The position numbers and the translations under genes were made by a program. A DNA stretch of 64,000 nt from Eledone cirrhosa. Lineage: Eukaryota. Under the pieces are notes generated by a model. It made no database searches. It had not been told where the DNA came from and saw only the letters and a list, made by a program, of their open reading frames with translations. The stretch spans positions 1-64,000 of the forward strand of contig CAXHJY010000107.1 of assembly GCA_964016885.1 (NCBI GenBank), read 5' to 3'. Every line of letters begins with the position of its first letter. The first letter of the stretch is position 1. This document shows positions 52,563 to 64,000 of the stretch, piece by piece.

Positions 52563-55500
52563 TTATCTCCCCTTGGCTGGCTGGAAATTATCTCCCCTTG
52601 GACGGCTGGAAATTATCTCCCCTTGGACGGCTGGAAATTATCTCCCCTTGATTTTTTTACAAATTATCTCCCCCTGATTTTTTTTTTACAAATTATCTCC
52701 CCCTGATTTTTTTTTACAAATTATCTACCCCTGATTTTTTTTTACAAATTATCTCCCCTTGATTTTTTTTACAAATTATCTCCCCCTGATTTTTTTTTAC
52801 AAATTATCTCCCCCTGATTTTTTTTTACAAATTATCTCCCCCTGATTTTTGTTTACAAATTATCTCCGCCTGATTTTTTTTAAAAAATTATCTCCCCTTG
52901 GACGGCTGGAAATTATCTCCCCTTGATTTTTTTACAAATTATCTCCCCCTGATTTTTTTTTACAAATTATCTCCCCCTGATTTTTTTACAAATTATCTCC
53001 CCCTGATTTTTTTTACAAATTATCTCCGCCTGATTTTTTTAAATATTATCTCTCCTTGGCTGGCGGGAAATTATCTCCCCTTGGACGGCTGGAAATTATC
53101 TCCCCTTGAAAGGATGGAAATTATCTCCCCTTGGACGGCTGGAAATTATCTACCCCTGATTTTTTTTACAAATTATCTCCCCCTGATTTTTTTACAAATT
53201 ATCTCCGCCTGATTTTTTTAAATGTTATCTCTCCTTGGCTGGCGGGAAATTATCTCCCCTTGGACGGCTGGAAATTATCTCCCCTTGGAAGGATGGAAAT
53301 TATCTCCCCTTGGACGGCTGAAAATTATCTACCCCTGATTTTTTTTACAAATTATCTCCCCCTGATTTTTTTTACAAATTATCTCCCCCTGATTTTTTTT
53401 ACAAATTATCTACCCCTGATTTTTTTTACAAATTATCTCCCCCTGATTTTTTTTACAAATTATCTCCCCCTGATTTTTTTTACAAATTATCTCCCCCTGA
53501 TTTTTTTTTACAAATTATCTCCCCCTGATTTTTTTACAAATTATCTCCCCCTGATTTTTTTTACAATCTCCGCCTGATTTTTTAAAAAATTATCTTCCCT
53601 TGGCTGGCGGGAAATTATCTCCCCTTGGACGGCTGGAAATTATCTCCCCTTGGAAGGATGGAAATTATCTCCCCTTGGACGGCTGGAAATTATCTCCCCT
53701 TGCACGGCTGGAAATTATAGCCCCTTGGAGGGCTGGAAATTATCTCCCCTTGATATTTTTTACAAATTATCTCCCCCTGATTTTTTTTTCAAATTATCTC
53801 CCCCTGATTTTTTTTACAAATTATCTCCCCCCTGATTTTTTTACAAATTATCTCCCCTTGGCTGGCTGGAAATTATCTCCCCTTGGAGGCTGGAACTTAT
53901 CTCCCCTTGGACGGCTAGAAATTACCTCTCCTTGGACGGCTGGAAAATATGTCTCCTTGGACGGCTGGATATTATCTCCCCTTGGACGGTTGGAAATTAT
54001 CTCCCCTTGGACGGCTGGAAATTATCTCCCCTTGGATGGCTAGATATTACCTCCCCTTGGACGGCTGGAAATTATCTCCCCTTGATTTTTTTTACAAATT
54101 ATCTCCCCCTGATTTTTTTTTACAAATTATCTCCCCCTGATTTTTTTTTAAAAATTATCTCCCCCTGATTTTTGTTTACAAATTATCTCCGCCTGATTTT
54201 TTTTTTTAAATTATCTCCCCTTGGACGGCTGGAAATTATCTCCCCTTGGACGGCTGGAAATTATATCTCCTTGGACGGCTAGAATTTACCTCTCCTTGGA
54301 CGGCTGAAAATTATCTCCCCTTGGACGGCTGGAAATTATCTCCCCTTGATTTTTTTTACAAATTATCTCCCCCTGATTTTTTTTTTACAAATTATCTCCC
54401 CCTGATTTTTTTTACAAATTATCTCCCCCTAATTTTTTTTTTACAAATTATCTCCCCCTAATTTTTTTACAAATTATCTCCCCTTGGCTGGCTGGAAATT
54501 ATCTCCCCTTGGAGGCTGGAACTTATCTCCCCTTGGACGGCTAGAAATTACGTCTCCTTGGACGGCTGGAAAATATGTCTCCTTGGACGGCTGGATATTA
54601 TCTCCCCTTGGACGGCTGGAAATTATCTCCCCTTGGACGGCTGGAAATTATCTCCCCTTGGATGGCTAGATATTACCTCCCCTTGGACGGCTGGAAATTA
54701 TCTCCCCTTGATTTTTTTTACAAATTATCTCCCCCTGATTTTTTCTTTACAAATTATCTCCCCCTGATTTTTTTTTACAAATTATCTCCCCCTGATTTTT
54801 TTTTACAAATTATCTCCCCCTGATTTTTGTTTACAAATTATCTCCGCCTGATTTTTTTTAAAAAAATTATCTCCCCTTGGACGGCTGGAAATTATCTCCC
54901 CTTGGACGGCTAGAAATTACCTCTCCTTGGACGGCTGAAAATTATCTCCCCTTGGACGGCTGGAAATTATCTCCCCTTGATTTTTTTACAAATTATCTCC
55001 CCCTGATTTTTTTTTTACAAATTATCTCCCCCTGATTTTTTTTTACAAATTATCTACCCCTGATTTTTTTTTACAAATTATCTCCCTCTGATTTTTTTTA
55101 CAAATTATCTCCCCCTGATTTTTTTTTTACAAATTATCTCCCCCTGATTTTTTTACAAATTATCTCCCCCTGATTTTTTTTTACAAATTATCTCCGCCTG
55201 ATTTTTTTAAATATTATCTCTCCTTGGCTGGCGGGAAATTATCTCCCCTTGGACGGCTGGAAATTATCTCCCCTTGGAAGGATGGAAAATTATCTCCCCT
55301 TGGACGGCTGGAAATTATCTACCCCTGATTTTTTTTACAAATTATCTCCCCCTGATTTTTTTACAAATTATCTCCCCCTGATTTTTTTAAATGTTATCTC
55401 TCCTTGGCTGGCGGGAAATTATCTCCCCTTGGACGGCTGGAAATTATCTCCCCTTGGAAGGATGGAAATTATCTCCCCTTCGACGGCTGAAAAATTATCT

Positions 55501-58500
55501 ACCCCTGATTTTTTTTACAAATTATCTCCCCCTGATTTTTTTTACAAATTATCTCCCCCTGATTTTTTTTACAAATTATCTACCCCTGATTTTTTCTACA
55601 AATTATCTCCCCCTGATTTTTTTTACAAATTATCTCCCCCTGATTTTTTTTTTTACAAATTATCTCCCCCTGATTTTTTTACAAATTATCTCCCCCTGAT
55701 TTTTTTTTTACAAATTATCTCCCCCTGATTTCTTTACAAATTATCTCCCCTTGGCTGGCTGGAAATTATCTCCCCTTGGAGGCTGGAACTTATCTCCCCT
55801 TGGACGGCTAGAAATTATCTCTCCTTGGACGGCTGGAAAATATGTCTCCTTGGACGGCTGGATATTATCTCCCCTTGGACGGCTGGAAATTATCTCCCCT
55901 TGGACGGCTGGAAATTATCTCCCCTTGGATGGCTAGATATTACCTCCCCTTGGACGGCTGGAAATTATCTCCCCTTGATTTTTTTTACAAATTATCTCCC
56001 CCTGATTTTTTTTTACAAATTATCTCCCCCTGATTTTTTTTTACAAATTATCTCCCCCTGATTTTTGTTTACAAATTATCTCCGCCTGATTTTTTTAAAA
56101 AAATTATCTCCCCTTGGACGGCTGGAAATTATCTCCCCTTGGACGGCTAGAAATTACCTCCTTGGACGGCTGAAAATTATCTCCCCTTGGACGGCTGGAA
56201 ATTATCTCCCCTTGATTTTTTTACAAATTATCTCCCCCTGATTTTTTTTTTACAAATTATCTCCCCCAGATTTTTTTTTACAAATTATCTACCCCTGATT
56301 TTTTTTACAAATTATCTCCCCCTGATTTTTTTTACAAATTATCTCCCCTGATTTTTTTTTACAAATTATCTCCCCCTGATTTTTTTACAAATTATCTCAC
56401 CCTGATTTTTTTTACAAATTATCTCCGCCTGATTTTTTTAAATATTATCTCTCCTTGGCTGGCGGGAAATTATCTCCCCTTGGACGGCTGGAAATTATCT
56501 CCCCTTGGAAGGATGGAAATTATCTCCCCTTGGACGGCTGGAAATTATCTACCCCTGATTTTTTTTACAAATTATCTCCCCCTGATTTTTTTTACAAATT
56601 ATCTCCCCCTGATTTTTTTTACAAATTATCTACCCCTGATTTTTTTTACAAATTATCTCGCCCTGATTTCTTTTACAAATTATCTCCCCCTGATTTTTTT
56701 TTTACAAATTATCTCCCCCTGATTTTTTTACAAATTATCTCCCCCTGATTTTTTTTACAAATTATCTCCGCCTGATTTTTTTAAATGTTATCTCTCCTTG
56801 GCTGGCGGGAAATTATCTCCCCTTGGACGGCTGGAAATTATCTACCCTTGGAAGGATGGAAATTATCTCCCCTTGGACGGCTGGAAATTATCTACCCCTG
56901 ATTTTTTTTACAAATTATCTCCCCCTGATTTTTTTTACAAATTATCTCCCCCTGATTTTTTTTTACAAATTATCTACCCCTGATTTTTTTACAAATTATC
57001 TCCCCTTGGCTGGCTGGAAATTATCTCCCCTTGGACGGCTAGAAATTACCTCTCCTTGGACGGCTGAAAATTATCTCCCCTTGGACGGCTGGAAATTATC
57101 TCCCCTTGATTTTTTTACAAATTATCACCCCCTGATTTTTTTTTTACAAATTATCTCCCCCTGATTTTTTTTTACAAATTATCTCCCCCTGATTTTTGTT
57201 TACAAATTATCTCCGCCTGATTTTTTTAAAAAAATTATCTCCCCTTGGACGGCTGGAAATTATCTCCCCTTGGACGGCTAGAAATTACCTCTCCTTGGAC
57301 GGCTGAAAATTATCTCCCCTTGGACGGCTGGAAATTATCTCCCCTTGATTTTTTTACAAATTATCTCCCCCTGATTTTTTTTTTACAAATTATCTCCCCC
57401 TGATTTTTTTTTACAAATTATCTACCCCTGATTTTTTTTTACAAATTATCTCCCCCTGATTTTTTTTACAAATTATCTCCCCCTGATTTTTTTTTACAAA
57501 TTATCTCCCCCTGATTTTTTTACAAATTATCTCCCCCTGATTTTTTTTACAAATTATCTCCGCCTGATTTTTTTAAATATTATCTCTCCTTGGCTGGCGG
57601 GAAATTATCTCCCCTTGGACGGCTGGAAATTATCTCCCCTTGGAAGGATGGAAATTATCTCCCCTTGGACGGCTGGAAATTATCTACCCCTGATTTTTTT
57701 TACAAATTATCTCCCCCTGATTTTTTTACAAATTATCTCCCCCTGATTTTTTTTACAAATTATCTCCGCCTGATTTTTTTAAATGTTATCTCTCCTTGGC
57801 TGGCGGGAAATTATCTCCCCTTGGACGGCTGGAAATTATCTCCCCTTGGAAGGATGGAAATTATCTCCCCTTGGACGGCTGAAAATTATCTACCCCTGAT
57901 TTTTTTTACAAATTATCTCCCCCTGATTTTTTTTACAAATTATCTCCCCCTGATTTTTTTTACAAATTATCTACCCCTGATTTTTTCTACAGATTATCTC
58001 CCCCTGATTTTTTTTTACAAATTATCTCCCCCTGATTTTTTTTTACAAATTATCTCCCCCTGATTTTTGTTTACAAATTATCTCCGCCTGATTTTTTTAA
58101 AAAAATTATCTCCCCTTGGACGGCTGGAAATTATCTCCCCTTGGACGGCTAGAAATTACCTCCTTGGACGGCTGAAAATTATCTCCCCTTGGACGGCTGG
58201 AAATTATCTCCCCTTGATTTTTTTACAAATTATCTCCCCCTGATTTTTTTTTTACAAATTATCTCCCCCTGATTTTTTTTTACAAATTATCTACCCCTGA
58301 TTTTTTTTACAAATTATCTCCCCCTGATTTTTTTTACAAATTATCTCCCCTGATTTTTTTTTACAAATTATCTCCCCCTGATTTTTTTACAAATTATCTC
58401 CCCCTGATTTTTTTTACAAATTATCTCCGCCTGATTTTTTTAAATATTATCTCTCCTTGGCTGGCGGGAAATTATCTCCCCTTGGACGGCTGGAAATTAT

Positions 58501-61500
58501 CTCCCCTTGGAAGGATGGAAATTATCTCCCCTTGGACGGCTGGAAATTATCTACCCCTGATTTTTTTTACAAATTATCTCCCCCTGATTTTTTTTACAAA
58601 TTATCTCCCCCTGATTTTTTTTACAAATTATCTACCCCTGATTTTTTTTACAAATTATCTCGCCCTGATTTCTTTTACAAATTATCTCCCCCTGATTTTT
58701 TTTTTACAAATTATCTCCCCCTGATTTTTTTACAAATTATCTCCCCCTGATTTTTTTTACAAATTATCTCCGCCTGATTTTTTTAAATGTTATCTCTCCT
58801 TGGCTGGCGGGAAATTATCTCCCCTTGGACGGCTGGAAATTATCTACCCTTGGAAGGATGGAAATTATCTCCCCTTGGACGGCTGGAAATTATCTACCCC
58901 TGATTTTTTTTACAAATTATCTCCCCCTGATTTTTTTTACAAATTATCTCCCCCTGATTTTTTTTTACAAATTATCTACCCCTGATTTTTTTACAAATTA
59001 TCTCCCCTTGGCTGGCTGGAAATTATCTCCCCTTGGACGGCTAGAAATTACCTCTCCTTGGACGGCTGAAAATTATCTCCCCTTGGACGGCTGGAAATTA
59101 TCTCCCCTTGATTTTTTTACAAATTATCACCCCCTGATTTTTTTTTTACAAATTATCTCCCCCTGATTTTTTTTTACAAATTATCTCCCCCTGATTTTTG
59201 TTTACAAATTATCTTTTTAAAAAAATTATCTCCCCTTGGACGGCTGGAAATTATCTCCCCTTGGACGGCTAGAAATTACCTCTCCTTGGACGGCTGAAAA
59301 TTATCTCCCCTTGGACGGCTGGAAATTATCTCCCCTTGATTTTTTTACAAATTATCTCCCCCTGATTTTTTTTTTACAAATTATCTCCCCCTGATTTTTT
59401 TTTACAAATTATCTACCCCTGATTTTTTTTTACAAATTATCTCCCCCTGATTTTTTTTACAAATTATCTCCCCCTGATTTTTTTTTACAAATTATCTCCC
59501 CCTGATTTTTTTACAAATTATCTCCCCCTGATTTTTTTTACAAATTATCTCCGCCTGATTTTTTTAAATATTATCTCTCCTTGGCTGGCGGGAAATTATC
59601 TCCCCTTGGACGGCTGGAAATTATCTCCCCTTGGAAGGATGGAAATTATCTCCCCTTGGACGGCTGGAAATTATCTACCCCTGATTTTTTTTACAAATTA
59701 TCTCCCCCTGATTTTTTTACAAATTATCTCCCCCTGATTTTTTTTACAAATTATCTCCGCCTGATTTTTTTAAATGTTATCTCTCCTTGGCTGGCGGGAA
59801 ATTATCTCCCCTTGGACGGCTGGAAATTATCTCCCCTTGGAAGGATGGAAATTATCTCCCCTTGGACGGCTGAAAATTATCTACCCCTGATTTTTTTTAC
59901 AAATTATCTCCCCCTGATTTTTTTTACAAATTATCTCCCCCTGATTTTTTTTACAAATTATCTACCCCTGATTTTTTCTACAGATTATCTCCCCCTGATT
60001 TTTTTTACAAATTATCTCCCCCTGATTTTTTTTTTACAAATTATCTCCCCCTGATTTTTTTACAAATTATCTCCACCTGATTTTTTTTTTACAAATTATC
60101 TCCCCCTGATTTTTTTACAAATTATCTCCCCTTGGCTGGCTGGAAATTATCTCCCCTTGGAGGCTGGAACTTATCTCCCCTTGGACGGCTAGAAATTACC
60201 TCTCCTTGGACGGCTGGAAAATATGTCTCCTTGGACGGCTGGATATTATCTCCCCTTGGACGGCTGGAAATTATCTCCCCTTGGACGGCTGGAAATTATC
60301 TCCCCTTGGATGGCTAGATATTACCTCCCCTTGGACGGCTGGAAATTATCTCCCCTTGATTTTTTTTACAAATTATCTCCCCCTGATTTTTTTTTACAAA
60401 TTATCTCCCCCTGATTTTTTTACAAATTATCTCCCCCTGATTTTTTTTACAAATTATCTCCGCCTGATTTTTTTAAATATTATCTCTCCTTGGCTGGCGG
60501 GAAATTATCTCCCCTTGGACGGCTGGAAATTATCTCCCCTTGGAAGGATGGAAATTATCTCCCCTTGGACGGCTGGAAATTATCTACCCCTGATTTTTTT
60601 TACAAATTATCTCCCCCTGATTTTTTTACAAATTATCTCCCCCTGATTTTTTTTACAAATTATCTCCGCCTGATTTTTTTAAATGTTATCTCTCCTTGGC
60701 TGGCGGGAAATTATCTCCCCTTGGACGGCTGGAAATTATCTCCCCTTGGAAGGATGGAAATTATCTCCCCTTGGACGGCTGGAAATTATCTACCCCTGAT
60801 TTTTTTTACAAATTATCTCCCCCTGATTTTTTTTACAAATTATCTCCCCCTGATTTTTTTTTACAAATTATCTACCCCTGATTTTTTTACAAATTATCTC
60901 CCCTTGGCTGGCTGGAAATTATCTCCCCTTGGACGGCTAGAAATTACCTGTCCTTGGACGGCTGAAAATTATCTCCCCTTGGACGGCTGGAAATTATCTC
61001 CCCTTGATTTTTTTACAAATTATCTCCCCCTGATTTTTTTTTTACAAATTATCTCCCCCTGATTTTTTTTTACAAATTATCTACCCCTGATTTTTTTTTA
61101 CAAATTATCTCCCCTTGATTTTTTTTACAAATTATCTCCCCCTGATTTTTTTTTACAAATTATCTCCCCCTGATTTTTTTTTACAAATTATCTCCCCCTG
61201 ATTTTTTTTAAAAAATTATCTCCCCTTGGACGGCTGGAAATTATCTCCCCTTGGACGGCTAGAAATTACCTCTCCTTGGACGGCTGAAAATTATCTCCCC
61301 TTGGACGGCTGGAAATTATCTCCCCTTGATTTTTTTACAAATTATCTCCCCCTGATTTTTTTTTTACAAATTATCTCCCCCTGATTTTTTTTTACAAATT
61401 ATCTACCCCTGATTTTTTTTACAAATTATCTCCCCCTGATTTTTTTTACAAATTATCTCCCCTGATTTTTTTTTACAAATTATCTCCCCCTGATTTTTTT

Positions 61501-64000
61501 ACAAATTATCTCCCCCTGATTTTTTTTACAAATTATCTCCGCCTGATTTTTTTAAATATTATCTCTCCTTGGCTGGCGGGAAATTATCTCCCCTTGGACG
61601 GCTGGAAATTATCTCCCCTTGGAAGGATGGAAATTATCTCCCCTTGGACGGCTGGAAATTATCTACCCCTGATTTTTTTTACAAATTATCTCCCCCTGAT
61701 TTTTTTTACAAATTATCTCCCCCTGATTTTTTTTACAAATTATCTACCCCTGATTTTTTTTACAAATTATCTCGCCCTGATTTCTTTTACAAATTATCTC
61801 CCCCTGATTTTTTTTTTACAAATTATCTCCCCCTGATTTTTTTACAAATTATCTCCCCCTGATTTTTTTTACAAATTATCTCCGCCTGATTTTTTTAAAT
61901 GTTATCTCTCCTTGGCTGGCGGGAAATTATCTCCCCTTGGACGGCTGGAAATTATCTACCCTTGGAAGGATGGAAATTATCTCCCCTTGGACGGCTGGAA
62001 ATTATCTACCCCTGATTTTTTTTACAAATTATCTCCCCCTGATTTTTTTTACAAATTATCTCCCCCTGATTTTTTTTTACAAATTATCTACCCCTGATTT
62101 TTTTACAAATTATCTCCCCTTGGCTGGCTGGAAATTATCTCCCCTTGGACGGCTAGAAATTACCTCTCCTTGGACGGCTGAAAATTATCTCCCCTTGGAC
62201 GGCTGGAAATTATCTCCCCTTGATTTTTTTACAAATTATCACCCCCTGATTTTTTTTTTACAAATTATCTCCCCCTGATTTTTTTTTACAAATTATCTCC
62301 CCCTGATTTTTGTTTACAAATTATCTCCGCCTGATTTTTTTAAAAAAATTATCTCCCCTTGGACGGCTGGAAATTATCTCCCCTTGGACGGCTAGAAATT
62401 ACCTCTCCTTGGACGGCTGAAAATTATCTCCCCTTGGACGGCTGGAAATTATCTCCCCTTGATTTTTTTACAAATTATCTCCCCCTGATTTTTTTTTTAC
62501 AAATTATCTCCCCCTGATTTTTTTTTACAAATTATCTACCCCTGATTTTTTTTTACAAATTATCTCCCCCTGATTTTTTTTACAAATTATCTCCCCCTGA
62601 TTTTTTTTTACAAATTATCTCCCCCTGATTTTTTTACAAATTATCTCCCCCTGATTTTTTTTACAAATTATCTCCGCCTGATTTTTTTAAATATTATCTC
62701 TCCTTGGCTGGCGGGAAATTATCTCCCCTTGGACGGCTGGAAATTATCTCCCCTTGGAAGGATGGAAATTATCTCCCCTTGGACGGCTGGAAATTATCTA
62801 CCCCTGATTTTTTTTACAAATTATCTCCCCCTGATTTTTTTACAAATTATCTCCCCCTGATTTTTTTTACAAATTATCTCCGCCTGATTTTTTTAAATGT
62901 TATCTCTCCTTGGCTGGCGGGAAATTATCTCCCCTTGGACGGCTGGAAATTATCTCCCCTTGGAAGGATGGAAATTATCTCCCCTTGGACGGCTGAAAAT
63001 TATCTACCCCTGATTTTTTTTACAAATTATCTCCCCCTGATTTTTTTTACAAATTATCTCCCCCTGATTTTTTTTACAAATTATCTACCCCTGATTTTTT
63101 CTACAGATTATCTCCCCCTGATTTTTTTTACAAATTATCTCCCCCTGATTTTTTTTTTACAAATTATCTCCCCCTGATTTTTTTACAAATTATCTCCACC
63201 TGATTTTTTTTTTACAAATTATCTCCCCCTGATTTTTTTACAAATTATCTCCCCTTGGCTGGCTGGAAATTATCTCCCCTTGGAGGCTGGAACTTATCTC
63301 CCCTTGGACGGCTAGAAATTACCTCTCCTTGGACGGCTGGAAAATATGTCTCCTTGGACGGCTGGATATTATCTCCCCTTGGACGGCTGGAAATTATCTC
63401 CCCTTGGACGGCTGGAAATTATCTCCCCTTGGATGGCTAGATATTACCTCCCCTTGGACGGCTGGAAATTATCTCCCCTTGATTTTTTTTACAAATTATC
63501 TCCCCCTGATTTTTTTTTACAAATTATCTCCCCCTGATTTTTTTACAAATTATCTCCCCCTGATTTTTTTTACAAATTATCTCCGCCTGATTTTTTTAAA
63601 TATTATCTCTCCTTGGCTGGCGGGAAATTATCTCCCCTTGGACGGCTGGAAATTATCTCCCCTTGGAAGGATGGAAATTATCTCCCCTTGGACGGCTGGA
63701 AATTATCTACCCCTGATTTTTTTTACAAATTATCTCCCCCTGATTTTTTTACAAATTATCTCCCCCTGATTTTTTTTACAAATTATCTCCGCCTGATTTT
63801 TTTAAATGTTATCTCTCCTTGGCTGGCGGGAAATTATCTCCCCTTGGACGGCTGGAAATTATCTCCCCTTGGAAGGATGGAAATTATCTCCCCTTGGACG
63901 GCTGGAAATTATCTACCCCTGATTTTTTTTACAAATTATCTCCCCCTGATTTTTTTTACAAATTATCTCCCCCTGATTTTTTTTTACAAATTATCTACCC
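52560..64000 (+). repeat. Satellite A, right array, same orientation as the left array; continues beyond the window end
   Basis: Same two monomer classes and the same GC cassettes as 1-17550. Roughly 440 monomers. Confidence 0.98.
56040..64000 (+). repeat. About 2.0 kb duplication followed by an about 3.1 kb higher-order repeat in the right satellite A array
   Basis: TCTCGCCC at 56656/58658/61770 (spacings 2002, 3112) and CAGATTATC at 57990/59981/63104 (1991, 3123). The 11 bp differences match a deletion near 59214 (AAATTATC-TTTTTAAAA). Confidence 0.88.

Noticed and set aside
890-63769. Short plus-strand ORFs in satellite A (LSPLGRLEIISPW / TNYLPLIFF repeats)
   Set aside because: These are translations of 25/27 bp monomers, mostly starting at TTG within CCTTGG. 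They shift frame with T-tract length and have no unique domain.
1-64000. Whole window as an amplification or sequencing artefact (concatemer or ab initio polymerase product)
   Set aside because: Hierarchically shared point variants at kb-scale periods, and variants shared across 40 kb, imply descent with mutation. Local misassembly or copy-number error remains possible.
1-64000. Assignment to a named satellite family, species or functional centromere
   Set aside because: I do not recognise either monomer with confidence. This needs Dfam/Repbase/BLAST searches and CENP-A data.

Overview
The whole 64 kb window is non-coding tandem satellite DNA in an A-B-A arrangement. I find no supportable genes, RNA genes, CRISPR arrays or autonomous mobile elements. 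Satellite A (1-17550 and about 52560-64000, same orientation) has 25-29 bp monomers sharing the core AAATTATCTCCCC, followed by either a GC-rich tail (TTGGACGGCTGG) or a T-tract tail (CTGA-T7-11-AC). These are arranged as fixed GC cassettes separated by variable T-monomer runs, with higher-order repeats of about 7.0 kb on the left and 2.0/3.1 kb on the right. Satellite B (17568-52562, about 35 kb) is a different 20 bp family (CGGGGCACCCAAATAAAAAA, CGGGGTACCCAAATAAAAAA, CGGACCCCCCCATAAAAAAA) with nested duplications of about 925 bp, 5.2 kb and 9.6 kb. Both junctions are base-sharp. The left carries a 16 bp inverted fragment of satellite A, which looks like a fold-back or templated insertion, and the right is an A-tract microhomology. 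All ORFs in the track, including the 3506 aa one, are explained by stop-poor monomers. The window resembles eukaryotic (peri)centromeric or heterochromatic satellite, but organism and function cannot be determined from the sequence. Periods were read by eye from rare marker variants and ORF-track offsets, not computed by alignment.
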